Part shown: in pieces, positions 55,333-64,000 of the stretch
Layout of the letters: each line of letters opens with the position of its first letter
Position numbering within the stretch: position 1 is the stretch's first letter
Assembly (NCBI GenBank): GCA_963841895.1
Contig: CAWJEO010000006.1
Span: 36,690 to 100,689, forward strand
Source: an uncultured Acidobacteriota bacterium
Lineage (GTDB): Bacteria > Acidobacteriota > Vicinamibacteria > Vicinamibacterales > UBA2999
DNA: 64,000 nucleotides
Direction: 5' to 3'
The notes under the pieces: model-generated
Told to the model about the DNA's origin: nothing
The model's database searches: none
Seen by the model: only the letters and a program-made list of their open reading frames with translations
Program-made: the position numbers and the translations under genes

Positions 55333-56156
55333 TTACCGGGGTGGCGGAGTTTCGATGGCCGACTTGATGCCGCCCAGCGCGGTCTTGACGCGAGTCGCGT
55401 TCTCGGGCCCCATCCGGAGGATTTGCTTCTGCGCGGCGGGCAGTCGTTGGAGTTCGGGATCGGCGAACGCCAGGGTTGCGCCCGGCCCCGGAACCAGCCG
55501 CACGGGATCCGCGACCTGCGGCGTGTCGATCAGGACTTGTAACGCGGCGGCGACGGCCTGATCGACGGTCAGCGTCGTCCGTCCGAGCCCCCGATACGCT
55601 TCCTCGAGCCGCGGCCGAATCGTGCGATAGGCGGCCGCGACGCTTGCCGGATCCAGCGACGCGACCGCGCGCGCCAGGCCGTCGAACCGGCGGTAGGTGG
55701 CCGGATCGATGGTGGTGGCCCGCGAGGAGCCCGAGGTTTGAAACAGGCCCTCGGGGCGCAGCACGCCCAGCTCAGGGGACGGCGACTGGCCCCGCGACAC
55801 CAGATCGATGGCATGCGCCATCTGCTGGATGAGGTCGTCGGTGGCCAGCCAGCGCGCGAGCTCGGGGCTGGCGGAGAGCGAGGCCAGGAGCGCGCGCAGA
55901 AAGATGTCCATCTGGCCGAGCGGGGGAGCTCGATGGGCGCCGGGGCGGGTGTCAGCGTGGCGTCGGTTGCCGTGCGGGCTGCGGTCGCAGGCGCCGGCTG
56001 ACCGCGATCGCGCGCCCACCACCAGGCGCCGGCGGCGCCGGCGATGAGGCCGAGCACGGCAATGAAGAGCACCGGCGTGCGCGGCCGGCGGCCTGTGGCG
56101 TCGGCGACGCTCTCGGGTGTGTCGGCTTGCAGCGGAAGATCGGGCACGTTGTTCAT
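55333..56156 (-). CDS. DUF3014 family membrane-anchored protein, frameshifted
   Basis: YRRFD, RLEEAYRGLG, FADPELQRLPAAQKQILRMGPEN. Confidence 0.82.
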
Positions 56157-56184
56157 GGGCCCTGACTCCTCGATTCCTGATTAC

Positions 56185-56253
56185 GGCAGCTTTCGGCTCT
56201 CGGCTCTCGGCTTCCGGCGCTGACAGCTGATCGCTGAGAGCTGAGGGCTGAGA
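56185..56253. repeat. Heptamer palindrome (TCTCGGC)n ... (GCTGAGA)n
   Basis: Visible tandem 7-mers with inverted halves. Confidence 0.7.
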
Positions 56254-56314
56254 GATTCCCGTTATCTATCGTAGTCTGCTACAACTATGCTTCCCATCCC
56301 CCAAGGAGGCCTGC

Positions 56315-56617
56315 GTGGCACCTGGCTCTAATCACGATTCACGACCTGTCGCGGATGACGCGGATGAGGCGCCGACCATATTCGGCGTCCGAAGAAGCGG
56401 TAACGAAGAGCTGACCGTCGTGGAGATCGGATCGTCCGAGCCAACCGCGATTGCGCCAGTGTCCTTCGACTTGCCGCCGTCGCACGACGAAATCGCCGCC
56501 GAGGCCTACGCCATCTACGAAGCGCGCGGCGGCGGGCACGGCTCGCATGAAGACGACTGGCACGAAGCCGAGCGCCGCCTCAAGGCGCGCCGCGCCGAGG
56601 ATTCGCGGAGGGGTTGA
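56315..56617 (+). CDS. DUF2934 family protein
   Basis: EIAAEAYAIYEARG..HG...DDWHEAERRL. Confidence 0.8.
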   Translation: MAPGSNHDSRPVADDADEAPTIFGVRRSGNEELTVVEIGSSEPTAIAPVSFDLPPSHDEIAAEAYAIYEARGGGHGSHEDDWHEAERRLKARRAEDSRRG

Positions 56618-56770
56618 TTCCCATCTCGGCGTCAGATGAGTTGCACCTTCCAGATTGACTCTCCCTGACAACCTGCGTAGCCTCGTTCGCGTTGATTCGA
56701 GCCGCGCGTCAGTGCCCGCTGTCGCACGGCCCGATCTGTCATTTGTTTCGCACGTTCCTGGAGGCGCCCG

Positions 56771-59700
56771 ATGTCTCAACGGATTACCCGCGCGTTCTGC
56801 GCGGTGCTGGCCTTGACTTGCTTCATGCCGTCCGCCGCGTGGGCTCAGAGTGTGTTCGCTGGCACAGTGAAAGACTCGTCCGGCGCCGTCATGCCCGGCG
56901 TGACCATCGAAGCGGCGAGCCCTGCGCTCATCGAGAAAGTCCGCTCCGCGGTGACCGACGAAAATGGCGTGTACCGCATCATCGATCTCCGGCCCGGGGT
57001 GTATACGCTGACCTTCACGCTTGCCGGCTTCAACACCGTGACCCGCGAGGGCATCGAGCTGGGTTCGAACTTCACCGCAACCATCAACGTCGAGCTGAGC
57101 GTCGGCACGCTGCAGGAGTCGATCACCGTCTCGGGCGCCTCGCCCGTCGTCGACGTCCAGAGCAACGTCAAGCAGCAGGTGTTGTCGCGCGACGTCCTCG
57201 ACGCGGTGCCGACCGCGAAGACGATCCAGGGGCTCGGCCAGCTGGTCGTCGGCGTCACCCTCAACTCGCCGGACGTCGGCGGCTCGCGCGCGATGCAGCA
57301 GACCTACTTCGCGATCCGCGGGCAGGGCGGCGCGCAGACGGTGGTCCTCGTCGACGGGCTGATGACCAACGGCCTGATGGGCGACGGCGCCGTGCAGGCG
57401 TATCACAACGAGGCGATGACGCAGGAAGCGGTCTATCAGACCGCGGGCGGCTCGGCGGAAACGCTGACCGGCGGCGTCAACATGAACCTCGTCCCGAAGG
57501 ACGGCGGCAACCAGTGGCGCGGCGGCTTCAAGTTCGCCAAGTCGCCGGCGAGCTGGCAGGGCGATAACCTGACCGACAACCTGATTGGGCTCGGGGTCAC
57601 CGGCGTCGATCGGATCGAAAACTTCTACGAGATCAACGTCGAACAGGGCGGGCCGATCCTCCGCAACAAGCTGTGGTTCTACGGCGCGTTCCGGAAGGCG
57701 CAGTACGACAAGCCAATCGCCAACACCTTCCTCACTTCTCGAGACGTGCCCTTCCCTCAGGCGTTTCGGCAGTGCGCCAACAACCCGGGTACCTGCGAGC
57801 AGGGCATCTCGGACGAGAAGATGAACAACCCGGTCGTCCGACTGACGTGGCAGGCGAGCGAGCGCAACAAGATCGCCGTGTACATGGATCGCGCCCTGCG
57901 CCTTCGCGGCCACGCCATGGGAGCGCTCACCGACCCCAACACGGCGTCGGTGATCTGGAACACGCCGAACTTCTCGACCGGATCGGTCAAATGGACCCGG
58001 ACCGCGTCGTCCAGGCTCCTGCTGGAGAACGGCTTCTCCTACAATCGCGAGCGCTACGACAACCTCTATCAGCCGGGCATTCTGGCCGAGCGAAACACCG
58101 AAGCGTGGTTCCGCAACGTGCGCAAGGACGACACCAGCACGCAGCTGCTGTGGAATGCCTCGAGCGCTCAGCTCGGAAACTACCCCGATCGCTACAACCT
58201 TCAGTCGGCCGCGTCGTACGTCACCGGCTCGCACAACATCAAGGTCGGCGTGATGTATCAGTGGGGCTACTACCGCCGCTACAACAACGCCAACGCCGAT
58301 CTCTATCAGACCTACAACAACGGGATCCCGCTCCGCGTCACTGTCCTCAACACCCCGCTGACGGTCCAAGAGAACCTGGATGCCAACGCCGGCATCTACG
58401 CCCAGGACTCGTGGAATCTCAACAAGTGGACCATCAACTACGGCGTCCGTTGGGACTATGTGAAACAGCGCATCGTCGGTCAACCGGCGCAACAGGGCCG
58501 CTTCGCCAACGTACCGGCCTACGAGGACATCGTCCTGCCGGTCTGGAAGAACTTCTCGCCTCGTCTGTCGGTTGTCTACGATTTGAAGGGTGACGGGAAG
58601 ACCGCGATCCGTGCCGGTTTCAACAAGTTCGTGACCGCGGCGACGACCGGGTTCGCGCAGCTGTACAACCCCACGGCGTTGACGACGCAACAGTTGCCGT
58701 GGACCGACCTCAATGCCGACGACATTGCGCAGGGCGCGCGCGGCTGCGTGTACCAGACGGCAGGGTGCGAGATCAACTTCACGAACCTGCCAGTCCAACT
58801 TCGGGGTCCGCTCGTTGGCGCAGTTCGATCCCGATCTGCGGCGACCGTATCAGTGGGCGTTCAACGCCGGAATCCAGCAGGAGATCCGGCCGGGCCTCAG
58901 CGCGTCGTTCGAGTACCTACCGCAGCGACTTCCGCAACATCACCGTGCGCGACAACAGCCTGCGGACGGCGGACAGCTACGATCGCGTCGACGTCGTGAG
59001 CCCAACCGACGGCAGCGTGATCCCGGTCTACACCGTCAAGCCCGCCTTCTCGGCGCTTGTCGCCAACGTCGACAGCACCAGCGACGACATGAAGCGCTGG
59101 TACAACGGCTTCGACATGAGCTTCAACGCCCGCATGCCTCGCGGCATCCGCGCCTTCGGCGGCGTCAACATCGAACGGTCGCTCAACGACGTGTGCGTGT
59201 CGGCGGTGAGCGATCCGAACCGCTCGCTGTACTGCGACCAAAGCGAGAGCGGGATTCCGTGGCAGAAGCAGTTCAAGGGCACGGTGGTGTATCCGCTGCC
59301 ATGGCAGGGCATCTCGGTCAGCGCCGCACTTCAGAGTCTCAACGGTTACGTCGTTGGCACTGCGGCCCAGGCATACGGCGGGTTCACCGCCGGCACTGGC
59401 TTCGATCGGCCGCAGGGCCTCGGCACGTTCTGGCAGGTCACGCCGACCACGCGCTATGCGGCCGGTTGTCAGGCCCCGTGCCGCCCGGGCGAGCTCGTCA
59501 TCCCGACGCTCGCGGCGTCGGGCGCGGCAACTTTCAGCGTGCCACTGGTGGCGCCGGAAACCGAATACACGCCGCGCATCACCCAGCTTGATCTGTCGGT
59601 CAGCAAGCGCTTCGAGTTCGGGGCCCTCACCGTCCTGCCGAAGCTCGACGTCTTCAACTCGCTGAACTCCGACGACTACACAGCAGTCTCGACGTTGCAG

Positions 59701-59781
59701 TTCGGTGCCGCCACCTACCGGCAGCCGTCGGTCATTCTGCAGGGCCGCATCATCCGGTTCGGCGCGGATATCCGGTGGTAG
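56771..59781 (+). CDS. TonB-dependent receptor-like protein (carboxypeptidase-regulatory N-domain), frameshifted near 58790 and 58920
   Basis: GTVKDSSGAVMPGVT, GIYAQDSW, NFSPRLS..YDL.GDGKTAIR, GRIIRFGADIRW. Confidence 0.88.
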
Positions 59782-59798
59782 CGGGGTAGAGAGGATGA

Positions 59799-59834
59799 AC
59801 AAACAAAAGGGGCCTCACGGCCCCTTTTGTTTGT
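59799..59834. terminator. Bidirectional intrinsic terminator
   Basis: acaaacaaaaggggcc-tcac-ggccccttttgtttgt between convergent genes. Confidence 0.85.
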
Positions 59835-59842
59835 ACCTCTCA

Positions 59843-59939
59843 GTCAGTTTTCAGTTTCCAGTTTCCAGTTCAAAGGACAGTCGGGTGGAATTGGAACTGA
59901 GGGCCCCTTTGAACTGGTAACTGACAACTGGAAACTGAC
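59843..59939. repeat. MITE-like heptamer palindrome, copy 3
   Basis: Same arms as 47486 and 52323. Confidence 0.85.
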
Positions 59940-59944
59940 AAGGA

Positions 59945-60837
59945 TCAGCACACACGGTCCCTTCCTCCGTCCTTGGCGTCGTAGAGCGCCCGATCCGCGG
60001 CCTGGATCAACGTGGTCGGGTCGTAGCCGGCCGCGGTGGTGGACGCCACACCGAAGCTGCCCGTGACGGCGATTCGATGGTCGCCTTCGGTGATGTCGCT
60101 CGCGTTCAGCGCCGTCCGGACCCGGTCCGCAAGCTCGCGCGCCAGCGACACGTCGCCATTCACGACCAGCATGAACTCTTCGCCGCCGTAGCGGCCGATG
60201 GCATCGTAGTCGCGGAGCACGGCCCGCATCCGGCGGGCGACCTCGCAGAGCACCGCGTCCCCGGTGACGTGACCGTAACTGATCGTTCACCGCCTTGAAG
60301 TGGTCGAGGTCGGCCATGACCACCGACACTGCGCCGCGCGCGCGCTGCGCCTGGCTCAGCGCGCGCTTCAGATGGTCGATGATCATGCCGCGGTTCCACA
60401 GGCCGGTCAGGCGGTCGTGCGTGGCCTGGTGTTCGAGCGCCGCCTGAACCTCGAGCAGGTTCGACTGCAGCGCGAGCACGCGCTCGCCTGAACGCAGGCG
60501 GGCGCGCAGCTCGACGGCGTCGAACGGCTTGCTCGAGGAAATCGTCGGCGCCGGCGTCGAGGCCCTCGACCATGTCGGCCGGGCTGTCGCGCGAGGTGAG
60601 GAGGATGACGTAGACGTACGGCGTCGGACGCTGCCGCACCGCCCGGCAGACGGTGAGGCCGTCGGCGCCGGGCATCATCCAGTCGAGGATTGCGAAGCGC
60701 GGACCGTCGTCGGCGAGGAGGGTGTCGATGGCGGCGGTCCCGTTGTCCATTGCCGCCACGGTGTGCCCGAGCCGAACGAGCGTCTTGCCAAGCACCGTGC
60801 GCGCGACCGGGTCGTCATCCGCAATCAGAATGTGCAT
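59945..60837 (-). CDS. Response regulator diguanylate cyclase (REC-GGDEF), frameshifted
   Basis: ILIADDD, LDWMMP, HDRLTGLWNR, DLDHFKAVND, RYGGEEF. Confidence 0.9.
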
Positions 60838-60900
60838 GGGCCTGCCGGAGTGTTCCGGCCAATCGGGGACGCGGGCGAACCTGGCGCAGCGCCCCGCGGT

Positions 60901-61870
60901 TCAGCGCGTCACGGTCACGGTCAGGTCTTCGTCGCCGTACAGCGCGCCGTCGTCGGCGCTGGCCCGGAGCGTATAGGTGCCCGGCGTGTCGAACTTGACC
61001 GTGACTTCGTAGCGGCCGTCCTTGGGGACTGGCGGCGGCGTCCACAGCGGCGCCCAGGGCGAGTTGGCGCCGGTCCGCGTGTCTTCCCAGACTTTGACCT
61101 GTGCCGGTTCGAAGCGAACCGGATCGGATCCGCCGCTCATGCCGGCATGCGATAGACGAACCAGGACAGGTGCAGGCCGACGCGCTTGCCGACGGTCACG
61201 CGGCATGGCGGCGTGAGCGCGGGATTGCGGGGAATGACGGCGGAGGCGTTGCTCGGCGCGGTCGGACGCGGCGCCGACCCCACCGACGGCCGCCGCGCGG
61301 CTTCGGCACGCCGTCGTCGGTCACCCAGGCGACCAGCGTGAGCGGCTCGCCGACTTTGACCGTGCGCGTCCTGTCGCCATCGAGCTTCACCGTCGGGCGC
61401 TTGTTGGCGCGAATCTCGGGACTGCTGGTCCCGGCGCCGAGCGCGCCGGTTTCGGACGCAATCACCACATCGTCGACGAAGTAGTCGGCGCGGAGCGACG
61501 CGTAGGCCTTCTCGGTCTTGCCTTTCGTGGTGAGGGTCCAGACCAGTTCCTTCTGACCCCAGTCTTTCGGCACGCGCACGCGGAAGACGAAGCGGTTGCG
61601 GCGCGGCAGAAAGCGGGTCGGCTGTCCCTGATCGGGACCGCCGGGCTCGATGTTGTTGTCGGGGCCGATCGGGACGTTCAGTTCTTCTTCCCAGTTGCGG
61701 TTCATGTAGCCGAACAGGAAGTTGAACGAGCCGTCGGCATTCAGCTCCCAGCCTTCGAACGCCGGCGACGCATTCTGCCCGCGCGAGTAGCGTCTGTGCG
61801 TCGGTCGCGTCGATCGGGCACGAGCAACGCCAGCGCCGCAATCACAAGCCACAGCCGTCGCCATGCGCAT
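60901..61870 (-). CDS. Secreted hypothetical protein with Ig/PKD-like C-terminus, frameshifted
   Basis: FEGWE.N.DGSF..FGYMNRN, GQPTRFLPRR, VTDDG, FDTPGTYTLRASADDG. Confidence 0.7.
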
Positions 61871-61881
61871 CCGTCGCTCCG

Positions 61882-63442
61882 TCACTCCAACCAGTTCCGA
61901 CGATCCTGATTCCTCGCAAGTCGCCTGCTGTCTGCCGCGGCGGCCGATGCTAGCCGACGTGGCGAGTGCCGTCGTGGTCGTGGGCGGTCGGCGTCCGCGG
62001 CGGGACGTTGCAGAGCGGGCAGCCGATGAACACGTCCTGCTGCGTCAGCTTCATGCTTCTCGCGCCGCTTGGCCATCTCGGCCTGGAACTGCTCGTCGGT
62101 GAGCGACAGACCCATGCCGAGATCGATGAACATGTTCGCGACCGAGCGGTTGCCGGAGCCCTGCCAGTTGCGCGGGTCGGGCACGTTCTTGTTGTTCGGC
62201 GAGTTGTCCATGTAGCCGATGATGTGCAGGATCGTGCCCTTCGGCAGCAGCGGCGCGTGAGTCGTCGTCGTAGTCGTAGCCGCGGACCCAGTTGTGGTCG
62301 TAGCCGGAGCAACTCAGCGTCTGGATGTTGAAGCCCCAGATCGCTTCGAGGCACATGCGCATGCCCGGGCGCGTGCAGGTGCGGTTCGAACGACGTGATC
62401 TTCGTGTGCTCCTGCAGCACCGTGTAGGCGTGCAGCTGCTGGCCGGATTCCATCGGCTTGATGTCGATGTCGAGGCCGTTGCCGAGCTGACGGCGACGGC
62501 GAGCGCTTCAACGTCGGCTTATAGCCCTTCGGATGGAACTTGAAGCCGATCTCGAGCCGCGCTTTCGTATCGCGGCCGTTCGAATGCAGATGCACCGAGT
62601 CGGAGACGATGCTCGATCCCGCCTTCAGCAGGCGGCCGGACAGCTCGTCGAACACGTCGGGGTTGCGGCCGACTTCGTGCACGGGCCACGGCGTGACTGC
62701 GTCGCGGTTGCTGCAGCACGAGCTCCAGCGGTGAGCTCGGCGTTCTCCGGCACCTCGCTCAGCACGCGCGTGCTCCAGATCATGTGGTGGAACACGTAGC
62801 GGCCGCCGACGGTGTCGCGGCCGGTGCCGGCCTTCGGCACGTCGTTGACCTCGCGAATTTCGACGGCCGAGACGTAGCGATCTTCGGTCAGGCCGGTCGG
62901 AATGCTCTTCGATCTCGCCCCACCAGTCGGGCGCGTTGCCCTTGACCAGCAATCTCGTCGCTCGACACGACGAGATCGGGCTTGCCGATGCGCCAGTCGC
63001 CGCCGTCGCCGAAAACTGCAGCGGCGCCGGCACGTCGGCGGGATTGCCGCGCGGCGCGCCGCGTGTCGGCCCACTTGGCGACCTTCGCGATCTCGGCCTC
63101 GCTCAGCGACGGGTCGTCCTTGTAGTGCTGGATGCCGATGTTCTTCTCGATGTACCACGGCGGCATCACGCCGGCGCGCGGGCCGAGGCCGGTGCGCTGC
63201 TTGATCGCGCGCGCCCATGGCCGCACTTCTTCGTAGGTCACGAGCGACATCGGCGCCACGCCATCGGGCCGATGGCAGGTCTGGCAGCTGCGCTGCAGGA
63301 TGGGGGCGATGTCCTTCGAGAAGGTGACGTCGGAGGGAGGGGGAGTCTGGGCCGCGGCCGGTCCGGCCAGAAGACCCAAAGCCCACGCCGCCACCGCCGC
63401 CCGTCCGCTCAGCCGCCGAACGCCGTCGTACCAGGCCATCAT
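61882..63442 (-). CDS. Exported cytochrome c / PHM-like copper monooxygenase-fold protein, frameshifted
   Basis: TFSKDIAPIL..CQTCH, MPPW, FHHM, VHLH, PHLH, ANM. Confidence 0.75.
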
Positions 63443-63524
63443 GCTTTCACCCCTTGTAGATGGAGTTCAAAGTATAACCCGCGGGCAGCCCCGCGTCCGC
63501 GGCGGGCGCCCGCGGCGCAGTTCC

Positions 63525-63745
63525 GGGGTTTCGGGGTTGCTGGGTTTCTGGGTTTCTCGGTTCTGGGTTACGCGGTTACGCGGTTACGCGGTTACGCCGT
63601 TGCGCGGTTTCGCGGTTCAGTTCGAGGTTCGGAACCTCGGAACCGCGACCTCGACAACCTCACCAACCTCGCAACTTCGTAACCTCGAAACCCAGAACCT
63701 CGAAACTTCGTGACCTCGAAGCCTCGAAACTTCGAAACTTCGAAA
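63525..63745. repeat. Palindromic octamer tandem repeat, same family as 8722-8936
   Basis: (GGTT[T/A]CGC/G)n ... (GAAACCTC/GAAACTTC)n. Confidence 0.85.
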
Positions 63746-63764
63746 GTCCGCGTAGGATACGCCC

Positions 63765-64000
63765 GTGACCGTCGACGCTCCCCCGGCCCCCCCCGCGGCT
63801 CCGTCTCGCTCCTGGCTCGACACGTTCGCCCGGGTCATGGAGCGCCTGGTTCCCGACGCGATTACCACCTGCGTCCTGTTGATGATCGTCCTGCTGGCGC
63901 TGTCGCTCGCGCTGGGCACCGGGGTGTCGGCGACCATCGACGCCTACTACCGCGGTCTGTGGAATCTGCTCTCGTTCACGATGCAGATGACGCTGATCCT
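63765..64000 (+). CDS. Short-chain fatty acid transporter AtoE-like (5' part)
   Basis: ERLVPDA, GLWNLLSFTMQMTLI. Confidence 0.75.
   Translation, partial: MTVDAPPAPPAAPSRSWLDTFARVMERLVPDAITTCVLLMIVLLALSLALGTGVSATIDAYYRGLWNLLSFTMQMTLI

Noticed and set aside
56339-58798. 819-aa minus-strand ORF
   Set aside because: Shadow of the TonB receptor-like gene
1-64000. Widespread frameshifts as mass pseudogenisation or programmed frameshifting
   Set aside because: Single-base indels hit many unrelated genes, without in-frame stops or slippery sites; long-read consensus error is the simpler explanation

Overview
GC-rich bacterial DNA, probably Acidobacteriota (Vicinamibacteria-like), inferred from ADOP permeases, Oar-like TonB receptors and heme-c/monooxygenase-like proteins. 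Most long genes carry one or more single-base frameshifts, which fits long-read indel error, so many gene boundaries are stitched across frames and approximate. Highlights: (1) an ~18 kb envelope locus (10.7-28.4 kb) with four paralogous atypical kinase-fold proteins with export or anchor signals, three metallophosphoesterases, an Omp85 barrel lacking POTRA domains that is coupled to one kinase, a DUF4956-like membrane protein, two PLD enzymes, an AI-2E transporter and an LD-transpeptidase/M23 pair. This is a candidate undescribed extracytoplasmic phosphorylation system. (2) A Cys-rich, Pro-tailed leader ORF whose stop codon overlaps a perfect anti-SD arm pairing with the RBS of a TonB receptor (putative metal-sensing ribosome-stalling attenuator). 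(3) A Y1 HUH (RAYT-like) transposase with about 15 cognate GGGGTCAGGTC repeats. (4) A selenocysteine formate dehydrogenase operon with a SECIS hairpin. (5) A decayed integron cassette array with one clear attC. (6) Many intergenic palindromes built from 7-9-mer tandem repeats.
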